NCBI GenBank assembly: GCA_016788485.1
Contig: JAEUSV010000158.1
Coordinates: 972-64,971 of the forward strand
Source of the DNA: Flavobacteriales bacterium
Lineage (GTDB): Bacteria > Bacteroidota > Bacteroidia > Flavobacteriales_F > PHOS-HE28
DNA: 64,000 nucleotides
Direction of reading: 5' to 3'
Shown here: piece after piece, positions 36,684-47,500 of the stretch
Layout: every line of letters begins with the position of its first letter
Numbering within the stretch: position 1 is the first letter of the stretch
The notes under the pieces: model-generated
Told to the model about the DNA's origin: nothing
Databases searched by the model: none
What the model saw: the letters and a program-made list of their open reading frames with translations, nothing else
Position numbers and translations under genes: made by a program

Positions 36684-37244
36684 ATGTTCCTGCGCCGCAA
36701 GGCCACCGCTCCCCTCCCCGACGAGGACCTGTTGCTCCGCATCCGCGGTGGCGACCGGTCCTCGCTGGGCGTACTGTGGGACCGGTACGCGCACCTGCTC
36801 TACGGCGTGGGCATGAAGTACCTGAAGGACCCCGAGCGCAGCAAGGACACGGTGCTCGACGTGTTCGAGGCACTGCCCGCACTGCTCGCGAAGCACGAGG
36901 TGCGCGTGTTCAGGCCGTGGGTGCACGCGGTGATGCGCAACCGCTGCCTGCTGGTGCTGCGCGGTGCCACGCGCGCCACCCCCTTCGATGAGGCTGCGGC
37001 AGCGGGCATGGTGGAGGATGACGCGGACGACCGCCTGATGCACGAGGTCACCCTGCAGCGGCTCGAGGCCGCGATCGATGCGCTGAAGGAGGGCCAGCGC
37101 GAATGCATCCGCCTCTTCTACCTCGAACACCTCAGTTACCAGCAGGTGAGCGAACGCACCGGCCACGACCTGGAACAGGTGCGCAGCCACCTGCAGAACG
37201 GACGGCGCAACCTGCGCCTGCAACTCGAACGCCATGGGCACTGA
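36684..37244 (+). CDS. ECF-type RNA polymerase sigma-70 family factor
   Basis: Region 2 (LWDRYAHLLYGVGMKYL...DVFEAL) and region 4 HTH (LSYQQVSERTGHDLEQVRSHLQNGRRNL). Confidence 0.8.
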   Translation: MFLRRKATAPLPDEDLLLRIRGGDRSSLGVLWDRYAHLLYGVGMKYLKDPERSKDTVLDVFEALPALLAKHEVRVFRPWVHAVMRNRCLLVLRGATRATPFDEAAAAGMVEDDADDRLMHEVTLQRLEAAIDALKEGQRECIRLFYLEHLSYQQVSERTGHDLEQVRSHLQNGRRNLRLQLERHGH

Positions 37245-38307
37245 ACCCTTCCACAGCGATGCACCCGTGACGCGGGCCGACCTGGAGCGCTACCTGCGCG
37301 GCGGGCTTGGCGACCGCGAGCGGCACCACATCGAACGCCAGCTCGAACGCGACCCGTTGCTGCGCGAGGCTCTGGAAGGGCTCGCCGTTCCGGGTGCGCT
37401 GGGCGGACTCGCGGCCCTCGACCAGGCACGCCCGGTCGCCCCGGGTCCGGTGATGCCGATGCTCCTCACCGGTGCCCTCATCGTGGTGGGCCTGGTGGCA
37501 GTGGTGCTGTACGTAAAGGAGGACCCCCATGCGGCACCCGCGCCTCGACCATTGGCCGTGAGCGCTCCCGAACAGCCCTACCGCGCGGACAGCGCCATCG
37601 CGGTGGTCGAACAGGAGCTCGCTGTGACCGATCCCCTTCCCGCACCGCAGCAGATCGGCCACACACCAACCACGCAACCACCGCCGGTACGCGACACGGT
37701 GATCGCCGAGCCGGCCACCCTCGTGCCCGACAGCGCTCCATCCTTGCGCTCCACACCAGCACCGGCAGCGGTCGGCCCATCCGCCAAGGCCACCCCGCCG
37801 CGCAGCGACCGGCGGCTCGCCTACGTACACGACCTCAAGCTCATCGACCCCAGGGAGCTGTACGAGCGCGGTCCGCTCATCGGCGAGCTGGGCGGTGTGC
37901 CCGCTGGCTTCGCGGACGAGCGTGAGCAACAGGACCGCACCGAGGCGCCGCGCACCATGCGCTACCTCGACTTCATGGACGAGGCCCTGGGCAAGTTCGC
38001 GCGCAACGACCACCGCGGCTGCCTGCAGGACCTGCTCTTCCTCATGGGTCAATATCCGCGCGACATCAACGCGCGGTTCTACGCGGGGCTGTGCTGCTAC
38101 AACCTGGGGCTCAACGAGCGGGCGCGTGGCTACCTGCAGGCCGTGGTGGACGACCCGATGGACACCTTCCACGAGGAGGCGGCCTGGTACCTCGCCTTGA
38201 GCGTCGAGCGTGGTGAAGGCGCCGATGCCGCACGGCCCTTGTTCCAGCGCATCGCCGACGGCGGTGGTTTCCATGCCGCCCAGGCACACGCGCACCTGGC
38301 GCCCTGA
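37234..38307 (+). CDS. Putative anti-sigma factor: N-terminal cytoplasmic segment, one TM, TPR-like periplasmic domain
   Basis: 11-nt overlap with the sigma gene. TM segment MPMLLTGALIVVGLVAVVLYV. C-terminal helical repeats. Function inferred from position. Confidence 0.5.
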   Translation: MGTEPFHSDAPVTRADLERYLRGGLGDRERHHIERQLERDPLLREALEGLAVPGALGGLAALDQARPVAPGPVMPMLLTGALIVVGLVAVVLYVKEDPHAAPAPRPLAVSAPEQPYRADSAIAVVEQELAVTDPLPAPQQIGHTPTTQPPPVRDTVIAEPATLVPDSAPSLRSTPAPAAVGPSAKATPPRSDRRLAYVHDLKLIDPRELYERGPLIGELGGVPAGFADEREQQDRTEAPRTMRYLDFMDEALGKFARNDHRGCLQDLLFLMGQYPRDINARFYAGLCCYNLGLNERARGYLQAVVDDPMDTFHEEAAWYLALSVERGEGADAARPLFQRIADGGGFHAAQAHAHLAP

Positions 38308-38312
38308 AATGC

Positions 38313-38348
38313 AGCGGGGCGCCCGTGCTTCCGCCCAGGCGCCCCGCT
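38313..38348. terminator. GC-rich hairpin between convergent genes
   Basis: AGCGGGGCGCC (38313-38323), 14-nt loop, GGCGCCCCGCT (38338-38348). Same stem sequence as the hairpin at 18849-18877. Confidence 0.6.
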
Positions 38349-38368
38349 CCCTTTGAGCGTCCCCAACC

Positions 38369-40564
38369 CTATTTCTCGAGCACTTTGAACTCGGTGCGGC
38401 GGTTCCGCTGGTGCTGGTCCTCGGTGCACTTGGTGCACTCACAGGTCTCCACCGGCTTCGTTTCGCCATAGCCCTTGCTCTTCACACGGTCCTTGGCGAT
38501 GCCCTTGCTGATGAGGTAGTCGACCGCGCTCTTCGCACGCTTGTCGGACAGGTTCATGTTGTACGCGTCCTTGCCGCGGCAGTCGGTGTGCGAGCTCAGC
38601 TCGATCTTCACCGTGGGGTTGTCCATCAGGGTCTGCACCAGCTTGTCGAGCTCCAGCGCCGCATCCGGACGGATGTTCCACTTGGCCAGGTCGTAGTAGA
38701 TGTTGTCCAGGCGCACCACCTGGTTGAGCTCGAGCGGGAACAGCTTGAAGTCGGTCTTGATGATCGCCTCGCTCTTGCCCTTGGTGGTGATGCGCGCGCT
38801 CTGCTTGAAGAAGCCGTCCTTCTCCACCTTGAGGCGGTAGTCCATGGCGGGCTCCAGCGGGAAGCGGTAGTGGCCATCGGCGCCCACCACCACCTCGTTG
38901 ATCACCTTGTCGTTGGCATCGCACAGCAGCACCTTGGAACCGGGGAGCGGCTGCATGGTCTCGCCGTGGTACACGATGCCTTCGGCGCCGTAGTTGTACT
39001 TCTCCAGCTCCACCAGCACGTTCTCCAGCGGATCGGACTCGGTGTTCACACTCACTTCCTGCTGCAGGTAGCCCGCCTTGCTGCCGGCGATCACGTAGCT
39101 CGTCTGGTAGTCGGCGTCGAAGGCGAAGGCGCCATCGGCCCCGGTCTCGATCACGGGGAGGGCCAGGCGCTGTCCGCGGTCGCCCTTCACCACGATGGTG
39201 GCACCGGGGATCGGCTGGCGGGTGAGCTTGTCGATCACCGTGCCGGCGATGCGCACCATGGGCGGGCGCACCGTAGCTCCGTAGATGTCGTCGCTGCCCA
39301 GGCCGCCCGGGCGATCGCTGGACAGGAAGCCGGTGCTGTCGTCGCGGAGCAGGATCAGGCTGTGGTCGTTGCCGCGCGAGTTCACCGGGTAGCCGAGGTT
39401 GAACACGTTTCCGGGACCGCCGGGCGTGAGTCGACAGAAGAAGTTATCGTAGCCACCCAGGCCGGGGTGTCCGTCGCTGGCGAAGTACAGGGCGCTGTCG
39501 CCGCTCACGAAGGGGAAGACCTCGTTGCCGCTGGTGTTGACCTTCGGCCCGAGGTTCTGTGGCGTGGTCCAGCCGCTGCCCTGGTTCTCGCAATACCAGA
39601 TGTCGGTGCCGCCCTGTCCGCCGGGGCGGTCGCTGGCGAAGAAGATCTTGCGTCCATCGCGGGTCACGCACGGGTGGCCCGTGTTGAAGGCGGGGTCGTT
39701 GTAGGGGAAGGCCTCCACACCGCCCCACTCCTGCTGATCGTACTCGCCCTTCACGATATCGCTGAAGTAGATGCCGAGCTTCAGCTCACCGTCATCGGAC
39801 TTCTTCAGCTTGCCGTTCACGTAGTTGTTGCGCGTGAAGTAGAGCCGGCTCGCGGCGCTGTCGAAGCTGGCCGTGCCGTCGTGGTAGCGCGTGTTCACGT
39901 CCTTGCGCATCACCATGGGGTCCGAGACCTCACGGCCCTTGAGCAGCGCGCTGTACACGTTGAGGTAGGGCTGCGCGTCCCAGCTGTAGAGGCGGTGGCC
40001 ACCGGCGCCTTCGCCGCGTGCGCTGCTGAACAGGAGCAGGTCGCCCATCACCGTGGGGCCGAGGTCGGCCTCGGCGCTGTTGATGCCCACCTTGCGGATG
40101 GAGCTCCGCGTGCTGTCCTTCATCAGGCGCGTGAAGAAGCCCGTGTTGGAGGCATAGGCCTTGGCGCGGGCGTCATCGGGGTTCTGCTCGGCGTACCGGG
40201 CGTACCAGGTGACGGCCTCGTCGTACTTGCCGTTCGCGCGCAGGCAATCGGCCAGGGCGAGCATGTCGGGACCCGTCGGTGTGCCGGTGGCGGTGAGCTG
40301 GCGATAGGTGGCCTCGGCCTTGTCCATGCGGCCCATCCGCTTGTACGCGAAGGCCAGCTTGCGCAGGTCCTCGGGCGTTGCCTTCCCCTTGGCGTTGATG
40401 TCCTCGTAGATCTTCGCCATCGTGGGGTAGTCGAAGACCTCGGCACTGTTCCTGGCCATGCGCTCCTTGAGCTTCTGCGCCTGCAGGGCCGGTGCCACGG
40501 CCAGGCCGATCACCACGCCGAGGAACGTCAGGGGGCGGAAAGATCTCATGATGGTCTCGTGCAT
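38369..40564 (-). CDS. OmpA family protein (TPR, TolB-like beta-propeller repeats, CarbopepD_reg-like domain, C-terminal OmpA peptidoglycan-binding domain)
   Basis: The C-terminus (LDNIYYDLAKWNIRPDA...ELSSHTDCRGKDAYNMNLSDKRAKSAV...NRRTEFKVL) is OmpA_C-like. It is the last gene of the adhesin / PorP / OmpA triplet. ATG 40549 is an alternative start. Confidence 0.85.
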   Translation of the reverse strand: MHETIMRSFRPLTFLGVVIGLAVAPALQAQKLKERMARNSAEVFDYPTMAKIYEDINAKGKATPEDLRKLAFAYKRMGRMDKAEATYRQLTATGTPTGPDMLALADCLRANGKYDEAVTWYARYAEQNPDDARAKAYASNTGFFTRLMKDSTRSSIRKVGINSAEADLGPTVMGDLLLFSSARGEGAGGHRLYSWDAQPYLNVYSALLKGREVSDPMVMRKDVNTRYHDGTASFDSAASRLYFTRNNYVNGKLKKSDDGELKLGIYFSDIVKGEYDQQEWGGVEAFPYNDPAFNTGHPCVTRDGRKIFFASDRPGGQGGTDIWYCENQGSGWTTPQNLGPKVNTSGNEVFPFVSGDSALYFASDGHPGLGGYDNFFCRLTPGGPGNVFNLGYPVNSRGNDHSLILLRDDSTGFLSSDRPGGLGSDDIYGATVRPPMVRIAGTVIDKLTRQPIPGATIVVKGDRGQRLALPVIETGADGAFAFDADYQTSYVIAGSKAGYLQQEVSVNTESDPLENVLVELEKYNYGAEGIVYHGETMQPLPGSKVLLCDANDKVINEVVVGADGHYRFPLEPAMDYRLKVEKDGFFKQSARITTKGKSEAIIKTDFKLFPLELNQVVRLDNIYYDLAKWNIRPDAALELDKLVQTLMDNPTVKIELSSHTDCRGKDAYNMNLSDKRAKSAVDYLISKGIAKDRVKSKGYGETKPVETCECTKCTEDQHQRNRRTEFKVLEK

Positions 40565-40568
40565 GGTA

Positions 40569-41552
40569 TCAGAAGTAACGCGGTGAACGGATGCCCTTCA
40601 GCTTGTTGCCGAACTCGAACCCGATCATGATCTCGTGCGACCCGCCGCTGTAATTGTTCATCACGGAAACGGGATAGTCGTAGGCATAGCCGACGGTGAG
40701 GTCGTTCGTGATGTAATACTGCGCCATGGCGCCCACGGCGTCCTCGTGGCGGTAGAAGGCGCCCAGCCAGAACTTCTCGTAGAAGAGGAAGTTGGCGTTG
40801 ATGTCGAAGCTGAACGGCGCACCGTTCACGCCCTTCACCAGGAAGGTGGGCTTGAACTTGGTGTACAGGCCCAGGTCGAACACATAGCCCGCGCTCAGGA
40901 AGAGGTGGTTGCGCTGCCCGGCCTGGAAGGGTGATCCGACGAGGGAATCGAGCGACGCGCTGCCATCCTCATAGAAGTCGGTGCGCAGCAGCTTCGGCAT
41001 GCCGAGGCCCACGAAGTGGCGGTCGCTGTACCACATCACCCCGAAGCCGAACTGGGGATCAGCCTTGCTGCTCACGTTCTGCAGGTACACCTGGTCGTTC
41101 GCATCGATGGTGCTGAGCGAGGCGAAGTCGCCCTGGAACAGGTTCAGGCCGCCACGAAGGCCGAAGGACAGCTTGCTGCGGTCGCCCACGAAGAAGCGGT
41201 AGGCCATGTCCACGTTGAACCCGTACTGGGTCACCGGGCCATAGCTGTCGCGCAGGAGCGTACCACCGAGCGCCAGGCTCTCCATGGGGAGCGGGCTGTG
41301 CACGGTGAGCGTCTGCGTCGTGGGTGCCCCTTCGAAGCCCACCCATTGGTGGCGCGAAAGTGCGCGCATGCTCACCCGCTCGGCGCTGCCGGCATAGGCC
41401 GGGTTGATCGCCAGCATGTTGAACATGTACTGGGAGAACTGGGGGTCCTGCTGCGCGAGCGCTGCGGTTCCCACGAGCATGGACAGCAGGGCCGTCTTCC
41501 AACGGTTCGCCGTTCGGTGCATCGGCATGGCGGTGTTCGTGTGTTGGTCCAT
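40569..41552 (-). CDS. PorP/SprF family type IX secretion system membrane protein
   Basis: QQDPQFSQYMFNMLAINPAYAG is the hallmark N-terminal motif. Beta-barrel-like body. Located 2 nt after the adhesin stop. Confidence 0.85.
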   Translation of the reverse strand: MDQHTNTAMPMHRTANRWKTALLSMLVGTAALAQQDPQFSQYMFNMLAINPAYAGSAERVSMRALSRHQWVGFEGAPTTQTLTVHSPLPMESLALGGTLLRDSYGPVTQYGFNVDMAYRFFVGDRSKLSFGLRGGLNLFQGDFASLSTIDANDQVYLQNVSSKADPQFGFGVMWYSDRHFVGLGMPKLLRTDFYEDGSASLDSLVGSPFQAGQRNHLFLSAGYVFDLGLYTKFKPTFLVKGVNGAPFSFDINANFLFYEKFWLGAFYRHEDAVGAMAQYYITNDLTVGYAYDYPVSVMNNYSGGSHEIMIGFEFGNKLKGIRSPRYF

Positions 41553-41554
41553 GA

Positions 41555-44500
41555 TCAGCGGCGCAGGTAGATGTAACCGGTGTAGGGATCGCTCTCGTTG
41601 CCGAGGTCAAGGATGTAGTAGTAGGCGCCCTCCGGAAGGTCCTCACCCCAGTTGAGGCTGTTCTCACTCCGACCATCCCAGTCGTTCTGGTAGTTGCGGC
41701 GGTCGAGCACCTTGTTGCCCCAGCGGTTGAAGATGATCAGGTGGTTGTCCGGGTAATACCAGATGCCGGGGATCACCAGGTTGTCGTTGCGACCGTCGCT
41801 GTTGGGCGAGAAGGCGTTCGGGATGATGATGTTGTCGCAGTCCTTGCGGTCCACGATCACCGTGTCCACGGTCACGCCACAGGCACCGTTGTCCACCGTC
41901 CAGAGGAGGTAGTTGGCCCCTTCGCCAACGTCGGTCACCGCCGTGGTCGGATCATTCGGGTCGGCGAAGGTCACACTGCCCACGAGCACGCTCCAGGTGC
42001 CGTTCGCCGTACCCGACACGGGCACCGCGGCGAGCGTGGTGAAGGTCGTGTCCTGGCAGAACGACTGGTCGGGACCGGCATCGGCGGGCTGCTGGGTACC
42101 GTCGAAGAGGAAGATGCTCACTTCGTCGGTGGTGGTGCCGCAGGCGCCATTGTCGATGGTCCAGCTGAAGATGTTCTCACCCTCGGCCAGGTCCGCGATC
42201 ACGGTGAAGGGGTCGTTGGGCGACACGATGGTGCCGCTGCCGCTCACCAAGGCCCACGTACCGGTGGCCGGAGCCGCCGCCTGGTTGGCGAACATGGTCA
42301 CGTTCTCGACCGGCGTGCACAGGCTCTGATCCGGGCCGGCCGCTGCCACCGCAGCGTTCGCATCGTTCAGCGTGATGGTGACCGTGTCGGTGGTGAGGCC
42401 GTTCGGGCAGGGACCGTTGTCCACCGTCCACACGAGCACCAGCGTACCGGTACCGATGCCGCTCACCGTGGTGGCGGGGTCGTTGGGGTCGCCCAGCTGG
42501 CCCGTACCGCTCACGATGCTCCAGGTCCCGGTGGCCGGGAAGGTGGGCACGCTGCCTGCGAGGGTGGCGAAGTTGGTCGGCGTGCAGAGCTCCTGGTCAG
42601 GACCCGCATTGGCGCTCGGCGAGGCCGCGTCGTACACGGTGATGGTGACCTGATCGGTGGTGGGCTGGCCGCAGGGACCGTTGTTGATGGTCCAGGCGAG
42701 CACATGCACCCCCACCGTGAGGTCGGTGATGGCCGTGGCCGGGTCGGTGGGCGATACGATGGTGGCCGTGCCGCTCACGAGCGACCAGGAACCGGTGGCC
42801 GGTGCCGTGGGCACGTTTCCGGCCATCGTCACGCTGTTCGGCTGCGTGGGCACGCAGATCGATTGGTCCGGACCGGCATCGGCCGCATCGGCGTCGGCGC
42901 TGAAGACCAGCACCACCACCGTGTCGGAGGTCACGCTGCAGGCACCGTTGTCGATGGTCCACACGAGCACATGCGTGCCCACGGCGACACCCGTCAGTGC
43001 GGTGGCCGGGTCATTGGGCTGCGCGATGGTGAGGTTGCCCGACACCAGGGTCCAGGTGCCGACCGCCGGAGCGTTGGCCACGTTGCCCGCCATGGTGATG
43101 CTGCCCACCGGCGTGCAGAACTCCTGATCGGGGCCGGCGTCAGCGGCAGGCTGCGTGGGATCGAAGACCACCACGTTCACCGTATCGGCGCTCGGCGGAC
43201 CGAAGCCGCACTGACCGTTGTAGATGGTCCAGACGAAGCTGTTCACCCCGACGGACAGGCTGGAAACGCTGGTGGTGGGGTCGTTCGGATCGGCGATGAT
43301 GCCCGTGCCCGAGAGCAGGCTCCAGGTGCCCACACCGGGGAAGGAAGGCGCGTTGCCGGCGAGCGAGGTGGTGTCCTGGGGCAGGCAGAGCTCCTGGTCG
43401 GGGCCCGCATCGGCCGTGGGCGCCGCTGGGTCATAGATGAACACCTGCACCGTGTCGGTGAGGATACCATTGTTGGCGCAGGGACCGTTGTCGAGCGTCC
43501 ACACCAGCGTGGTGATGCCCACCTGCAGGTTGTTCAGCACGGTGGTGGGATCGGCGGGATCGACCAGCGTGCCGGGGCCGCTGATGATGCTCCACGAGCC
43601 CGTGGCGGGCAGCTGCGGCGTGGTCGCCTGCATCTGCACGAAGGTGAGCGGGATGCAGGTCTCCAGGTCCGGACCGGCATCGGCCGCGGCGGTGGAGTCG
43701 TTGTAGAGCACCACGGTCATGGTGTCCGTGGTGATCGGGTTGTTGCAGGGCCCGTTGTCCACGGTCCACACGAAGGTGTTGTTGCCGATCGCCAGGCCCA
43801 CCACCTTGCTGTTCGGGTCGTTCACGTCCTCGAAGAGGCCGGCGCCCTCGATCAGTGTCCACGTACCGGTGGCGGGGAAGGTCGGCGTGTTGCCCGCGAG
43901 GAAGATGCTGTCCTGCGGCGTGCAGATCTCCACGTCCGGACCGGCATCGGCGGGCGGATTGTTCTCGTCGAACACGAAGATGCTCACGTTGTCGCTGCTG
44001 ATGCCGCAGATGCCGTTGTTCACCGTCCAGGTGAGGATGTTCTCACCCACGGCGAGGTCCGTGACGAAGCTGAGCGGGTCGGCGTCGTTGCCGAACGTGG
44101 CCTGGCCCTGGGTCACGGTCCACACCCCGGTGGCGGCACCGGTGGGCGTGTTGCCGGCCAGCTGGGTGCTGGTGTTGGGCGTGCACAGCTCCTGGTCGGG
44201 GCCGGCATCGGCGGGCGGCGCGTTGAGGTCGAACAGGAAGATGCTCACCAGGTCGGTGGTGACACCGGCGCCACAGGGACCGTTGCTCACGCTCCAGGCG
44301 AAGATGTTCTCGCCGATGCCCAGGCCCGTGACGGTGCTGTTGGGCAGGGTGGGATCGGTGATGGTGCCCTGGCCGGTGATCAGCGTCCACTGGCCCGTGG
44401 CCGGGAAGGTGAGCGGGCTGCCCGCGAGGGTGGTGCCGGTGAGCGGTGTGCACACCTGCTGGTCCGCACCGGCATTGGCCACGGGGTTGTTGGCGTCGAA

Positions 44501-47500
44501 CACCGTGATGGTGACGAGGTCGCTCGAGAGCGGGTTCGTGCAGGGGCCGTTGCTCACGGTCCACTGGAACACGTTGTTGCCCACCGTAAGTCCGGTCACC
44601 AGGCTGTTGGGGTCGTTCACATCGGCGAACACGCCCGTGCCGCTCACCACCACCCACGTGCCTTGCGCCGGGAAGGGCGCGGGGCTGGCGGCCATGGTGG
44701 TGGTGGTGTCGGGCGTGCAACGCTGCTGATCAGGGCCTGCATCGGCCACGGGCAGGTTGTCGTCGAACACGGTGATCGTGAGCGTATCGCTCGTGATGCC
44801 GGTGGCGCAGGTGCCGTTGTTCACCGTCCACACCAGCACGTTGGCGCCGATGGACAGGCCGCTCACGGTGGTGTTCGGCACGTTCGCATTGCCGAAGCTG
44901 CCCGTGCCGCTCAGCACGGACCAAGCGCCCTGCGCCGGGAAGGTGACGCTGCTGCCGGCCAGCTGCGCGCTCGTGGTGGGCGTGCAGAGCTCCTGATCCG
45001 GACCCGCATCGGCCACGGGGTTGTTCTCGTCGAAGAGGTAGATCACCACCTGGTCGGTGGTCACGCCAGAGGCGCAGGGTCCGTTGCTCACGGTCCACTC
45101 GAACACGTTGGCGCCGACAGCGAGGTCGTTCACCACCGTGGCGGGATCGTTCGGGTTCACGAAGGTGCCCGATCCGCTCACGAGCGTCCACGTGCCCGAG
45201 GCGGGGAAGATCACCGCACTGCCGTTCATCGCGGTGGAGGTGACCGGCGTGCAAAGGAACTGATCGGCACCGGCGGCGGCCACCGGGTTGTTCTCGTCGA
45301 ACACGAAGATGCTCACCACGTCGCTGCTCACGCCCGTCTCACAGGGACCGTTGTTCACCGTCCATTGGAAGACGTTCTCACCCACGGCCAGGCCGGTGAC
45401 GAGCGTGTTGGGGTCGTTCGCATCAGCGATGATGCCCGAGCCGCTCACCAGGGTCCAGGTGCCCACCGAAGGTGCGATCACCCCGCTGCCCTGCAGGTTG
45501 GTGCTTGACGCAGGCGTGCACAGCTCCTGGTCGGGGCCCGCGTTGGCGCCGGGGCTGTTCGCGTCGAACACCACGATGCTCACCTGGTCGGTGGTGATGC
45601 CCGTGGCGCAGGGCCCGTTGTTCATGGTCCACTCGAACACGTTCACCCCCACGCCGAGGTCGGTGACCGTGGTGTTGGGATCGTTGGGGGCCGTGATGGT
45701 GCCCGTACCGCTCACCAGGGTCCAGGTGCCCACGGCAGGGAACACAGGCACGCTGCCCGCCAGGGTGGTGCTGATGTTCGGGGTGCAGAGCTCCTGGTCG
45801 GCACCGGCGTCGGCCACCGGATTGTTCTCATCGAACACGAAGATGCTCACACGGTCGGTGGTGATGGCATTGGCGCAGGGGCCGTTGCTCACGGTCCACT
45901 CGAAGATGTTCTCACCCACGCCGAGGCCGCTCACCGTGGTGCTCGGGTCGGCCGCGTTGGCGAAGGTGCCGGTGCCCTGCACCACCGTCCACAGGCCGTT
46001 GGCCGGGAAGGTCACCGGGCTGCCGGCGAGCTGGGTGCTCGTGGTGGGCGTGCAGAGCTCCTGATCGGGCCCCGCATCGGCCACCGGGTTGTTCGCGTCG
46101 AACACGAACACGCTCATCTGGTCGGTGGTGGGTGCACCACAGGCGCCGTTGCTCACCGTCCACACGAAGATGTTCTCGCCCACGGCCAGGCCGGTCACGA
46201 GGGTGTTGGGATCGTTCGGGTCGGCGATGGTACCGCTGCCGCTCAGGAGCGACCAGGTCCCCGTGGCCGGCGCGATCACCGCGCTGCCCGTGAGGTTGGT
46301 GGAGGTCACGGGCGTGCACAGCTCCTGGTCGGGGCCCGCATCGGCGGTGGCGTTGCTCGCGTCGAACACGAAGATGCTCACCGTGCTGGTGGTGGGCGTG
46401 CCGGAGCAGGGGCCGTTGTCCACCGTCCACTGGAACACGTTCTCACCCACGCCGAGGTCGGTCACCGCGGAGTTCGGGTCGTTCGCGTCGGCGATGGTGC
46501 CGGTGCCGCTGATCAACGCCCACTGGCCCGTGGCGGGGAACACGAAGCCGCTGCCCTGCAGGTTGGTGGAGGTCTGCGGCGTGCAGAGCTCCTGCGCAGG
46601 ACCCGCATCGGCGTTGGCCACGTTGGGGTCGTAGATGAAGATGCTCACCTGGTCGGTGGTGGGCGTTCCGCAGGGGCCGTTGCTCACGGTCCACTCCAGG
46701 ATGGTCTCACCCACGCTCATGCCACTGATGGTGGCCGTGGGATCGTTCACGTCGCTGATCGTCGCCGGGCCCTGCACCACGGTCCAGGTCCCCACGGCGG
46801 GGAAGATCACCGGACTGCCCTGCATCTGCGCCGTGGAGGCGTCACCGCAGAAGGATTGGTCCGGACCGGCGTTCGCGGCGGCGGTGGACGGGTCGAAGAT
46901 GAAGATGCTCACATCGTCCGTGCTCACACCGGGCGTGCAGGGACCGTTCCCCACAGTCCAGCGGAAGATGTTCTCACCCACGCTCAGGCCCGTGACCTGC
47001 GTGATCGGATCGTTGGCGTTGGCGAAGGTGCCCGTGCCTTGGATCACCGTCCAGGTGCCCTGGCCCGGGAAGATGGTGGCGCTGCCATCGAGGGTGGCCT
47101 CGGTCTGCGGGAGGCAGAAGCTCTGGTCGGGACCGGCGTTCGCCACGCTCTGGTTCGCATCGAACACGAGCACGGTCATCGGGTCCTGGCTGATGCCGCA
47201 GGCCCCGTTGTCGATGTTCCAGATGAGCACGTTGGCACCGATGCTCAGGCCGGTCACCGTCGTGTTGGGATCGTTGGCATCGTCGAAGGTGCCCGTGCCG
47301 GATTGCACCGTCCAGAACCCGATGGCCAGGCCCGTGGGTGTGTTGCCGGCCATCACCGCATTGCCGGCGTCACTGCAGATGTCCTGGTCGGGACCCGCAT
47401 CGGCGGGTTGTGCGGAACCATTGAACACGTTGATCACCACCTCGTCGAACGTGGTGCCTGGCACGCAAGGACCGTTGCTCACTGTCCAGCGGAAGACGTT

